Assembly (NCBI GenBank): GCA_964523975.1
Contig: CAZGBM010000003.1
Span: 1-56,339 of the forward strand
From: an uncultured bacterium
GTDB taxonomy: Bacteria > Hydrothermota > UBA3072
DNA length: 56,339 nt
Direction: 5' to 3'
Positions 1 to 8,918 of the stretch are shown here, one piece after another. The first letter of the stretch is position 1; the number at the start of each line of letters is the position of its first letter. The notes beneath the pieces are model-generated. The model made no database searches. It was not told the DNA's origin and saw only the letters and a program-made list of their open reading frames with translations. The position numbers and the translations under genes are program-made.

Positions 1-139
1 CTGCACTCTGGCAGCCGTGGTCATATATCCGGGCTTCCGCTTTTCCCACATTGACCATTTTAACAATCTGGGCATGGACACCGCTCACGAAAAAAAAGAC
101 AAGCAGAAAGATTAACATAAATAATTTCCTCTGTTTCAT
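1..139 (-). CDS. Secreted protein, 5' part only (runs off the window edge)
   Basis: Manual translation MKQRKLFMLIFLLVFFFVSGVHAQIVKMVNVGK...; AAGGAGG RBS before the ATG at 139; Sec signal peptide ending VHA-Q. Confidence 0.75.
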   Translation of the reverse strand, partial: MKQRKLFMLIFLLVFFFVSGVHAQIVKMVNVGKAEARIYDHGCQSA

Positions 140-171
140 TTTCAACAACCTCCTTTTTATCTATTAAAAGT

Positions 172-217
172 ATTTGGTGTGTTTCGTGGTTTAATATTTT
201 TCCACATCTTCGTGGCT
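172..217. repeat. Orphan repeat arms of the AACCAC/AGCCAC family
   Basis: atttggtgtgtttcgtggtt (172-191) and tcttcgtggct (207-217) end in the same GTGGTT/GTGGCT termini as the arms at 16960 and 40515. Confidence 0.45.
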
Positions 218-220
218 AGT

Positions 221-3200
221 TTAAAAATCAACTCTTACTCCTAAATTCAAAAACCTCGGGTTGGTATAGTATAAATATTTAAAATCAGGTTTATTTATAT
301 AAACCTTATTGACTTCTCCTACTTTATCATTTCCTCCGATTAGAAGAGTATCAGAGGCGTATCTTTCCTCTTCATACATTGGTAGATGAAGAGAACGCAG
401 ATATTCTATCTTATCCGTGTTTGCGGAATCGGACCTGAAGCAATTGTCGCCGGTCATGTATTTCGAGCCAAACAGATTGTTTACTTCGGCGTAAAGACTG
501 AATTTAAAACCGCGTAACGAGACATCTTTACAGAGGAGCAAATTCCAGTAACCCTCATCCTGCCATTTGAGATTGTTTATGTAGTCCGGGTCGTCGGGCG
601 AAAGAGGGTCCGGCGCAAGAGGGTCGAAACTGAAATAATCGCCGCCAGTTCTGGTATAAAGAATACTGCCGGAAATATTCTTCGCTATCTTTCCCCAATC
701 GTCGGCAGTATAAAAAGTAAGGAGAAGGCAAAGAGTCCCTTTTGGTCCTATCTCGATTTCCTCGAATCCTTCTCCCCGGTATGCGCCCGTATTGAAGTCA
801 TATGACAAAAAGCCTTTAAAAAGTTTGCCGTATCTTTTTCGTAGAGAAATTTCAAATCCTTCTATATTGCCGTAAGCGTTGTTCGTGTAGGTCGTATAAG
901 AAATCTCCCCGTTATCATCATAATCTGTCTCTCCTGTCTGGTAATCATAATTGTTGTAATAACCTGAAACGTGAAACAAATACCGGTCGAAGAAACTCAT
1001 TTCGAAACCCAGTTCATAAGAAATTCTTACAGGTAAGTCCATTTGAGGATTGCCCAGGTATCCGGTCGAGTCCGAATAATCATTAAATAAACCAAAAAGT
1101 CTTTCGGTTTCGGGCAGTAAGTAAAAATACCCAAAGTTGAAGTAAATTTTGCCGGATTCGCCAAGTAAAGAAGATACGCCCAGTCGAGGGCTTATTTTCC
1201 ATTCGACGTCATTCCTTCCCGAATTGTAATAATCCAGTCTTAACCCGAATTTAGTGTAAGCGTTTTCAAAAGAAAATTTATCCTGCACATAAAGCCCGGC
1301 CCGGAAAAGTTCTGCTTCCCAGTCGGCAACATTCATGAGTTCTCCCGTTCCTCCGGAGATATAATTGGACGAATTCGAATATATCCTGTCATGATTGATT
1401 TGGAGCCCGGTTTCGAGCTGATGGCGGGAAGAGACTTGCGAAGTTGCCTCAACGCTGAAGTTGATGGTGTTGACCCAGGAGGCGTCCTGCACTATCCTTC
1501 CGAAGTTACTGAACACAAAATCGGAAGGTAGCAAGTCCCGATAATAACAATAATTGCCGGGGAAACTTTCATAGCCGAATGGTGTTTCTCTCGGTATCGC
1601 TATATTTCCGAAGTATATAAGGTCAGTCGTATCTCTGTAATTTTCGGGGAAATCCGGTTCTTCCCATACCGGGGTCGTTAAGTATCTCGACCGCGAATAA
1701 GAAAGCCTTAAATTATAAAATGTAGATGGACTTAGAGAATGGCTAAAATCCAGACCCCATAAGTATCTTCTTATATCATAAGGATTAAGAGCGTCCACCC
1801 AGTACATAAAATCCTTTTCTGCAACATTTTCAAGTATATTACCGCTACCTGCCCAGATTCTGCCGTTCGGGTATATTTCCCGTGAGTCTCTGGTGACGGT
1901 TTCTATGGTTTCGAATATTCCTTTTATATTGAGTTTTACTTCGGGTTTTAAGCGAAACGTTATTTTCCAGTCTGTTTTATTGTCGACGTAATTTTCTCTC
2001 GTAACGGGAAGAGAGAAAGGCTCTATGTTCCTTACATTAGAGACAAAAAAAGTTATATTGTTTATCCCCGGGAAAGGGCCCCCGAAGCCGAAATCAAACA
2101 TATACCCGGGTTTATCCCCATAAGTTCCAGGTATCTGACCAAGAGCCTCGCTCTCTTCTACCCTGTAGATATACATAAATAAATCTCTCCACTCCTCGGG
2201 TGTAAGGGTATCTCCTTCGGATTCTCTCTCTCTGGAATACTGAATCCAGCCGTCGAATTCCTCGTAATCATCTTCTTCCTCCGGCAGTACTGTTGTACCA
2301 TTCCAGCAGAGACTGTCCGTTGTATCGACGAACGGACGAATGTGGACGTTATCCCGGCTGAAAATTCCATTGCCTTCGTGCGGCATGTGAGGAAGAGTGT
2401 ATCGAAAATTAGCTGAACCATGATAAGAATCTCTCCTTCCTTCTTTTTCTATTATGTTGATTATACCTGAACTTGCATTGCCATACGCGGCATCGAACCA
2501 TCCGTCAAGCACGACGACATTATCGACGGCAGACAAAGGGGGAGACAATATCGATGTATTTATTCTGTTGTCAGATATAGGGAACCCATCGGTTACAAAC
2601 ACATTCTGCGGGGATTTTCTTTCCCTGTAGCCTAAATCCGCCATTCTATGAAAAGCAAGATAATCTTCAAGGCTGGCAACTAAAGGGATTTCATTTATTT
2701 CTTCGATAGTTGAATAATAGTTTCTTGAAGAGATATCCGTTTTGATAATTTCTTTTTCCGCTTCCAGGGTCACATCTCTGCCCTTAACCGTTCTGGGAGC
2801 GAATAGTTTAAGATTCAGGACGGTATTGTGGTCTGTTTCGACGGTAACACTTTTTACGGTCAGGGGCAGGTACCCGATTCCCCTGGCTTGAATCTCATAG
2901 GTTCCGGGAGAAACATTGTTAATATGGTATGACCCGTCTTTTCTGGAATCTACACCTAAACTTGTTCCTACAACTATTATGTTAACTTCTGACAGAAGTT
3001 TACCCGTTTTAGCATCAACAACTGTGCCTTCGATTTGTCCTTTAATACTTGCTGAAGACTTTAAAGAAAAAACAAAGAGAAAAAAAACTATAATGGGACG
3101 CAGATGAACACAGATTAAGAAAGGATTTTTGTTTATTTGTCTGCCCTCGTACCCGGTACCGGAAACTCGGTGCCTGAAATATTTTTCCCATCTACGATAT

Positions 3201-3226
3201 TTTAATTTTACCAAATAACCAATCAA
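221..3226 (-). CDS. TonB-dependent outer membrane receptor with N-terminal carboxypeptidase-regulatory-like domain
   Basis: GQIEGTVVDAKTG...GTYEIQARGIGY N-domain, plug motif GWFDAAYGNASSGIINII, barrel motifs ISPRLGVS and YELGF, C-terminal Phe. True start is probably downstream of 3226. Confidence 0.9.
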   Translation of the reverse strand: MIGYLVKLKYRRWEKYFRHRVSGTGYEGRQINKNPFLICVHLRPIIVFFLFVFSLKSSASIKGQIEGTVVDAKTGKLLSEVNIIVVGTSLGVDSRKDGSYHINNVSPGTYEIQARGIGYLPLTVKSVTVETDHNTVLNLKLFAPRTVKGRDVTLEAEKEIIKTDISSRNYYSTIEEINEIPLVASLEDYLAFHRMADLGYRERKSPQNVFVTDGFPISDNRINTSILSPPLSAVDNVVVLDGWFDAAYGNASSGIINIIEKEGRRDSYHGSANFRYTLPHMPHEGNGIFSRDNVHIRPFVDTTDSLCWNGTTVLPEEEDDYEEFDGWIQYSRERESEGDTLTPEEWRDLFMYIYRVEESEALGQIPGTYGDKPGYMFDFGFGGPFPGINNITFFVSNVRNIEPFSLPVTRENYVDNKTDWKITFRLKPEVKLNIKGIFETIETVTRDSREIYPNGRIWAGSGNILENVAEKDFMYWVDALNPYDIRRYLWGLDFSHSLSPSTFYNLRLSYSRSRYLTTPVWEEPDFPENYRDTTDLIYFGNIAIPRETPFGYESFPGNYCYYRDLLPSDFVFSNFGRIVQDASWVNTINFSVEATSQVSSRHQLETGLQINHDRIYSNSSNYISGGTGELMNVADWEAELFRAGLYVQDKFSFENAYTKFGLRLDYYNSGRNDVEWKISPRLGVSSLLGESGKIYFNFGYFYLLPETERLFGLFNDYSDSTGYLGNPQMDLPVRISYELGFEMSFFDRYLFHVSGYYNNYDYQTGETDYDDNGEISYTTYTNNAYGNIEGFEISLRKRYGKLFKGFLSYDFNTGAYRGEGFEEIEIGPKGTLCLLLTFYTADDWGKIAKNISGSILYTRTGGDYFSFDPLAPDPLSPDDPDYINNLKWQDEGYWNLLLCKDVSLRGFKFSLYAEVNNLFGSKYMTGDNCFRSDSANTDKIEYLRSLHLPMYEEERYASDTLLIGGNDKVGEVNKVYINKPDFKYLYYTNPRFLNLGVRVDF
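3095..3116. repeat. Orphan 9-bp-period repeat arm (gacgcagat gaacacagatt)
   Basis: Same CACAGAT unit as the arms around the GxxExxY gene. Confidence 0.45.
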
Positions 3227-3250
3227 CTAATTCGCTGATATACTATAAAC

Positions 3251-3529
3251 CTAATCCGATTCTATCTCTATTGCGTTTTTCGGACACGAGGCGACACACG
3301 CCTGACATTCAATGCACCCCGGCATATCGAATTTCAGCACAAGTTTAGAAGAATCATTAGAGTCAACTTCTTTATAGTATTTATCAAGCTCTTTCTTATT
3401 CGTGACCTCATTGTCAACAGGTTTACACCATCTTCCGCTCTTGCTACCTTCTAAGATTTCTACCGGGCAGGCATCCGCACAAGCAGCAAGACCCGTGCAT
3501 TTACTATAATCGTATATAACCTTAGGCAT
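3251..3529 (-). CDS. Dicluster-type ferredoxin
   Basis: CTGLAACADACP and CIECQACVASCP motifs; GGAGG RBS. Confidence 0.85.
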   Translation of the reverse strand: MPKVIYDYSKCTGLAACADACPVEILEGSKSGRWCKPVDNEVTNKKELDKYYKEVDSNDSSKLVLKFDMPGCIECQACVASCPKNAIEIESD

Positions 3530-3718
3530 TGAAACCTCCTTCCTTCGACTGAAAAATTAATAAGCTGATTCAATCTTTTGTCAAGGGGGAGCGGAGCTAA
3601 AACGGGCTGAATGTTAAAAGTAAACGATAAAGTGAAATTGGAAGTCATATTATCGGTGTTGACTAATAGTTATATATAGCCATTTGATAAGATAAAAATT
3701 CGTCTTAAAAAAATAGTT

Positions 3719-3753
3719 AGGGGGCAATATCATATTGTTGAGTGTTGCCCCCT
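3719..3753. terminator. Probable intrinsic terminator, possibly bidirectional
   Basis: Perfect 9-bp stem agggggcaa/ttgccccct with A/T tracts on both sides, just downstream of the lipoprotein gene. Confidence 0.5.
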
Positions 3754-3772
3754 GTAATTTTTTTTCGTCGGT

Positions 3773-3991
3773 TTATTCCTCCGGTTCTTCTGCTTCAGTT
3801 GTCTCTGCAGCAGGAGCTTCTTCTTCCGCAGTTGTATCGGCTTCTTCTGTCATTGTTTCTTCTGCGGTACTCTCTTCTACTGTAGTTGTTTCTTCTGTAG
3901 TTGTTCCAGCCTCAGACGGCTTTCCGCATCCGGAAAAGAAAACCATCAACAAAAATACACAGCAGACAAGAATAAATGCTTTAAATTTCAT
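3773..3991 (-). CDS. Small acidic low-complexity lipoprotein (72 aa)
   Basis: AAGGAGG RBS before the ATG at 3991; signal peptide with lipobox FSG-C; Glu/Thr/Ala-rich mature part. Confidence 0.75.
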   Translation of the reverse strand: MKFKAFILVCCVFLLMVFFSGCGKPSEAGTTTEETTTVEESTAEETMTEEADTTAEEEAPAAETTEAEEPEE

Positions 3992-4023
3992 GGAACCTCC
4001 TTTTCCTTGTGTGTTAGCTGAAA

Positions 4024-4051
4024 AGTGTATGCATATTTTACTATTTGTCAA
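4024..4051 (-). promoter_or_regulatory. Putative sigma70-type promoter of the lipoprotein gene
   Basis: TTGACA-16 nt-TACACT. Confidence 0.45.
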
Positions 4052-4181
4052 GGGTTTGAATGTTGGGAAGTGATTTTGCCGGTGTGCAGGTGGTTTTTCC
4101 CGACCTGTCAGGAATTTCGGCAGCCGGTTAATAGACTTATGATTTTGATTTTTCCGCAATTGTTCTACGGGGATTAGCCTC

Positions 4182-4210
4182 TTGACTTATCGTTATATCA
4201 TTCATATATT
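4182..4210 (+). promoter_or_regulatory. Putative sigma70-type promoter of the accB-pilT-accC-che run
   Basis: TTGACT-17 nt-TATATT, 27 nt before the accB ATG. Confidence 0.6.
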
Positions 4211-4237
4211 TTAAGAAATGATAACGGGGGTGAAACA

Positions 4238-4696
4238 ATGAATATAGGATTTATCAAAAAGTTAATAAACGTAGTAGAAGAGAGCAATATAGAAGAAGTT
4301 GAAATCCGGCGTTTCTGGACAAGAATAAGAATATCTAAAGATAAAAGTCGGAAAGTATCTTCCGTAAAAGTATTGGCAGCCGATTTGGGAACCGAAACAG
4401 TAGAAAAAACAGAAAAAAAATCAATTAAAGAGGAATCACAAAAAGAAGACACGGATATACATACTATCAAATCTCCGATGGTGGGAACTTTCTATCGGGC
4501 GCCGGCTCCCGATGCGCCTCCGTATGTTGAGAAAGGAGATATGATCAAAAAAGGAGATATTGTTTGCATTATTGAGGCCATGAAAATAATGAACGAAATC
4601 GAATCCGATATAAGAGGGGAAATTGTTGAAGTTCTGGTTTCCAACGAAGACCCCGTTGAATATAATCAACCATTGTTCACCGTTCGTAAATCGTAA
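4238..4696 (+). CDS. accB: Acetyl-CoA carboxylase biotin carboxyl carrier protein
   Basis: IKSPMVGTFYRAP and the IEAMKIMNEI biotinylation motif. Confidence 0.95.
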   Translation: MNIGFIKKLINVVEESNIEEVEIRRFWTRIRISKDKSRKVSSVKVLAADLGTETVEKTEKKSIKEESQKEDTDIHTIKSPMVGTFYRAPAPDAPPYVEKGDMIKKGDIVCIIEAMKIMNEIESDIRGEIVEVLVSNEDPVEYNQPLFTVRKS

Positions 4697-4699
4697 CGT

Positions 4700-5782
4700 A
4701 TGGATATTAAACCACTCTTAAAGAAAATGATAGAAACCGATTCTTCCGACCTTCACCTGAAGGTAGGAACGCCCCCGATACTGAGGATAAACGGAGAACT
4801 TACTCCCATGGAGATGAATAAACTTAGTAAAGAAGACGTAAGAATAGCGGCATCTTCTCTTATGACGAAAAAACAGCAGGAAGCATTTTTGAAAGATAAG
4901 GAAGCGGACTTCGGTATCGGCATCCCCGGGATATCCAGATTCAGGGTTAACATATATATACAAAGAGGCAGTATAGCTCTTGCCATAAGACCTATATCGA
5001 GGGAAATAAAGACCGTCGAGGAGTTAAACCTGCCTCCTGTACTTAACGAGCTGGCGTTCGCGGCAAGAGGTCTTATTCTGGTAACGGGCACAACTGGTTC
5101 GGGAAAATCCACTGCGCTGGCTTCAATGATAGACTATATCAACAAAAACAAGAGAAAACACATTATTACTATCGAAGACCCCATAGAATATCTGTTGACG
5201 GACAAAAAATCCATCATATCTCAAAGAGAAATCGGCACCGATACGAAAAGCTTCGCCAATTCTCTTCGATACATTCTCCGTCAGGACCCCGATGTTATAA
5301 TGATAGGAGAGATAAGAGACGCCGAAACTATGGAAACAGCAATAAAAGCAGCAGATACGGGACATCTGGTTTTTTCGACTCTCCACACTTTAAATGCGCC
5401 GGAAACGATAAACAGAATAATAACCTTCTTCCCTCCTTATCAACATCATCACATTAGAACTTTGCTGACCAGTGTATTGAAAGGGATTATTTCACTACGT
5501 TTGCTTGCCAAGATGGATGGTACAGGACGTATCCCCGCCACAGAAGTTCTCGTCTCCACCTCGACAATAAGAGAATATCTGTTGGACGAGGAAAAAATAA
5601 TGGCAATTTTAGACGCTATCAGGGAAGGAGAAAAATACAAAATGCACTCTTTCGACCAGAGTGTAATGAATCTGTACAAAGACAGGATAGTTGACCTTGA
5701 AACTGCCCTGGATAATGTCAACAATCCGGATGAATTTAAGATGAGGCTAAAGGGCATTGAACAGTCTTCTAAACGCTGGTAA
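4700..5782 (+). CDS. pilT: PilT/PilU-family type IV pilus retraction ATPase
   Basis: SDLHLKVG, Walker [31 protein letters not shown] and His box TLHT. The AIRNLIRE motif is replaced by TIREYLLD, so it may be a PilU-like paralog. Confidence 0.9.
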   Translation: MDIKPLLKKMIETDSSDLHLKVGTPPILRINGELTPMEMNKLSKEDVRIAASSLMTKKQQEAFLKDKEADFGIGIPGISRFRVNIYIQRGSIALAIRPISREIKTVEELNLPPVLNELAFAARGLILVTGTTGSGKSTALASMIDYINKNKRKHIITIEDPIEYLLTDKKSIISQREIGTDTKSFANSLRYILRQDPDVIMIGEIRDAETMETAIKAADTGHLVFSTLHTLNAPETINRIITFFPPYQHHHIRTLLTSVLKGIISLRLLAKMDGTGRIPATEVLVSTSTIREYLLDEEKIMAILDAIREGEKYKMHSFDQSVMNLYKDRIVDLETALDNVNNPDEFKMRLKGIEQSSKRW

Positions 5783-5786
5783 AGAG

Positions 5787-7127
5787 ATGAAAAAAATCCT
5801 TATCGCGAACCGGGGAGAAATAGCGCTCCGGATAATAAGAGCAGCCAAAGACTTAGATCTCAAAACTGTAGCAGTTTTCTCGGAAGTCGATAATGATTCC
5901 CTCCATGTGAGGTTTGCAGATGAATCGGTCTGTATAGGAGGAGCTCCGCCTTCCGAGAGTTATCTGAATATACCCCGTATCATCGCGGCCGCGGAAATTA
6001 CCGGAGCAGATGCCATTCATCCCGGATACGGATTTCTGGCAGAAAACCCTTCCTTTGCGGAGGCGTGTGAAGACAATAAATTCACATTTATCGGACCTTC
6101 CTCCGGAGTCATAAAAAAAATGGGGGACAAAGCCGAAGCAAAAAAATTTATGAAAGATGCAGGAGTGCCGGTAACCCCCGGTAGCGACGGAATCATAAAC
6201 ACTGAGGAAGAAGCCCTTTCCGTTGCCGGTAAGGTTGGTTATCCTGTACTCGTAAAAGCTGTTGCCGGTGGAGGAGGGCGAGGGATGCGACTGGCAAAAA
6301 ACGAATTGGAACTTAAAACGGGTTTTTTAATGGCGCAATCGGAATCTCAAGCTACATTCGGAGATAAGAGATTGTATGTGGAAAAGGCTATTGAAAATCC
6401 ACGCCACATAGAAATACAGATTATAGCCGATTCTTTCGGAAACGTCATACATCTTGGCGAAAGAGAATGTTCTATCCAGAGAAGACATCAAAAATTGGTC
6501 GAAGAAGCTCCGTCTCCGGCTGTGGATAAAAAACTCCGGGAAAAAATGGGAGAGGCAGCTAAAAAAGGGGTGAAGGAATTAGGTTATAAATCTGCAGGAA
6601 CTATTGAATTTATAGTTGACGAAAAAGGGACTTTTTATTTTATGGAAATGAATACGCGCATACAGGTCGAGCATCCGGTGACCGAAATGACGACAGATAT
6701 CGATATCTTGACGGAGCAGATTAAAATCGCAAATGGAACGCCTCTTGAGATTAAGGATCAGAGTAAAATACAAATAAGAGGACATGCCATGGAAGCTCGC
6801 ATCAATGCAGAAGACCCATCCGCCTCTTTCTCGCCGAGACCCGGAACGATACATGCCCTGCATCTGCCAGGAGGTGCAGGAATACGAATAGATTCTCACA
6901 TTTACCAGGGTTATAAAATTCCTCCCAATTACGATTCTCTTCTCCTTAAATTGATTACCTATGGAAAAAACAGAGAGCAAAGCAGGAAAAGAATGCTTAG
7001 GGCTCTAAACGAATTTGTGATAAGAGGAGTTCCTACGACTATACCCGTGCATAAAGAGATTTTTAATCATCCTGATTTCATTCAAGGCAATATAAATACA
7101 AACTTTCTGAAGAGACTTGGATATTAA
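5787..7127 (+). CDS. accC: Acetyl-CoA carboxylase biotin carboxylase
   Basis: [56 protein letters not shown]; start moved to the ATG at 5787. Confidence 0.97.
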   Translation: MKKILIANRGEIALRIIRAAKDLDLKTVAVFSEVDNDSLHVRFADESVCIGGAPPSESYLNIPRIIAAAEITGADAIHPGYGFLAENPSFAEACEDNKFTFIGPSSGVIKKMGDKAEAKKFMKDAGVPVTPGSDGIINTEEEALSVAGKVGYPVLVKAVAGGGGRGMRLAKNELELKTGFLMAQSESQATFGDKRLYVEKAIENPRHIEIQIIADSFGNVIHLGERECSIQRRHQKLVEEAPSPAVDKKLREKMGEAAKKGVKELGYKSAGTIEFIVDEKGTFYFMEMNTRIQVEHPVTEMTTDIDILTEQIKIANGTPLEIKDQSKIQIRGHAMEARINAEDPSASFSPRPGTIHALHLPGGAGIRIDSHIYQGYKIPPNYDSLLLKLITYGKNREQSRKRMLRALNEFVIRGVPTTIPVHKEIFNHPDFIQGNINTNFLKRLGY

Positions 7128-7136
7128 AGTTAAAAC

Positions 7137-7730
7137 ATGGCTGTAATTAAATATGCATCAAAAGAAATTGTCTGTAAAATTGTTTATTATGGACCCGGTA
7201 GGGCAGGGAAGACTACCAATGTGAAATATATTTTCTCGCGCATCCCGGAGCAAAGAAAGTCTGATATTATCTCAATGGCAACCAAACAGGATAGGACTCT
7301 TTTCTTCGACTTTATGCCTGTAGAATTAGGTGCTTTTAAGGGCTTCAATACAAGGCTCCAGATCTATACCGTCCCCGGTCAGGTAATCTACGATTCTACC
7401 AGAAGGCTGGTTTTAAGGGGAGCTGACGGAGTGGTTTTCGTAGCCGACTCGCTAAGAAGCAGAATGGAAGACAATATATGGAGCTGGGAAAACATGATTG
7501 AAAACTTGACGGAGAATAATATTAATATTAAAGAAATCCCGATAATTTTAGAGTACAACAAAAGAGATTTAGACGATATCGCACCTATGGAAGAACTGGA
7601 GGATGAGTTGAATCCTGATAATTATCTTTCTTTCCCTTCTATTGCTACCACAGGAGAAGGAATTATTGAAGTGTTTAAGACTATAGGTACGGAAGTATTG
7701 AAAAACGTAAAAAGTAAACTCGGAAATTAA
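7137..7730 (+). CDS. mglA: MglA-family small Ras-like GTPase
   Basis: KIVYYGPGRAGKTTN, DRTLFFDF, YTVPGQV, GADGVVFVADS, NKRDL. Confidence 0.88.
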   Translation: MAVIKYASKEIVCKIVYYGPGRAGKTTNVKYIFSRIPEQRKSDIISMATKQDRTLFFDFMPVELGAFKGFNTRLQIYTVPGQVIYDSTRRLVLRGADGVVFVADSLRSRMEDNIWSWENMIENLTENNINIKEIPIILEYNKRDLDDIAPMEELEDELNPDNYLSFPSIATTGEGIIEVFKTIGTEVLKNVKSKLGN

Positions 7731-7732
7731 AT

Positions 7733-8917
7733 TTGGAAAAAATAATTTATTCAAGGTTCAACGTAGAAGTTATCAAAGCCATAAAGAAAGCTCTTTCTTC
7801 AAAAGAAGTTAATCCTCTTTTTATATATGGACCGTCAGGTTCAGGCAAAACATTCCTGGTCCAAAATATGCGGGAAGAATTTAAGGGTACTTCTGCCGTC
7901 ATTAAAGCGGAAGAGATTGATTCATCGCTCTTAGAAAAATACTTGAAAAACGATTTACTAATAATTGAGGATCTTCAATTGGTGAGACCTTCAAGAAATG
8001 TGATAGATACTCTGTTTAATATACTTGAACACTTTACAAAGACGGGCACCAAACAGATAACGTTTACATCCGATCGCCATCCGGGAGGATTAAATCTGCA
8101 AAACCGTATAATATCCCGGATTGAAAGCGGAGTTACCGTTCCGATAAAGGTGTTTGATTCTGTTTCGAAGAGGATCGTCATAGAAACGCTCGGGAAAGGA
8201 TTATCCGATAATTTTTTAAAAAAACTTCAGAAATTGGACATAAAAACGATGAGCCAGGCGATCGGAGCTATAAGGAAAGTAAGGGTTCTCGGATACGTTC
8301 CGGACGAAAAAGACAGGATGGAGGAGGCAGATAAAAAGAAAAAAGAAGAGGAAAAGAAAAAGGAAGAAGTAAAGAAGCAAGCCGGGGAATTTGAAAAGTT
8401 CATTCAGGATGTCAAAAGAGGTTTTCCGGAAAAGTTGGTTGAGACAGAAAAAGCGGAAATTCTCAGGGATGAATATCGCGCTAAGATGTTCGTCTGGAAA
8501 ATGAAAGGTTTTAATACAGATAGGATAAAAAAAGTCATAGACGGTAATTTGGACCTGTTAACAGGAGAATTCGTATCTTACACAACAGATATACAGAGGC
8601 TGATAGAACTACAGAAAAGATATGGTATGTTAACTACGGACAATCTAATAAAGGGTTCTATACTGTCGGAAGAAGAAAACAAAGAAGTAGAAAAGGCGCT
8701 TTTCAATCCGGATAAAGTTGAGTGGCTGGCAAAAACAATTGAAAAACTCGAAGAAGAAGAGGATAAACTTGCAGAAAAGGCCCGTAAGAAACTTGAAGTC
8801 ACAGGGAAAAAATTAATACCGGATGAGGAAATTTCGAAAGAAAAAATAAAAAATTTGAATAAAGTATTATCAATAAAGTTGCAGGACGAAAGTTTCAGGC
8901 TTATAGAGGATTTTTAA
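7733..8917 (+). CDS. DnaA/Hda-like AAA+ ATPase with an unrelated C-terminal domain
   Basis: PLFIYGPSGSGKT Walker A, LLIIEDLQ Walker B, TSDRHP sensor, RIISRIESG; no recognisable DnaA domain IV; TTG start. Confidence 0.7.
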   Translation: MEKIIYSRFNVEVIKAIKKALSSKEVNPLFIYGPSGSGKTFLVQNMREEFKGTSAVIKAEEIDSSLLEKYLKNDLLIIEDLQLVRPSRNVIDTLFNILEHFTKTGTKQITFTSDRHPGGLNLQNRIISRIESGVTVPIKVFDSVSKRIVIETLGKGLSDNFLKKLQKLDIKTMSQAIGAIRKVRVLGYVPDEKDRMEEADKKKKEEEKKKEEVKKQAGEFEKFIQDVKRGFPEKLVETEKAEILRDEYRAKMFVWKMKGFNTDRIKKVIDGNLDLLTGEFVSYTTDIQRLIELQKRYGMLTTDNLIKGSILSEEENKEVEKALFNPDKVEWLAKTIEKLEEEEDKLAEKARKKLEVTGKKLIPDEEISKEKIKNLNKVLSIKLQDESFRLIEDF

Positions 8918-8918
8918 T

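Noticed and set aside
4060-4140. Possible riboswitch or ncRNA in the lipoprotein/accB divergent region
   Set aside because: GC-richer patch, but no convincing stem pattern or known aptamer motif could be identified by eye
7733-8917. Annotation as dnaA with a nearby oriC
   Set aside because: No domain IV, no dnaN or gyrB context, and no DnaA-box cluster noticed
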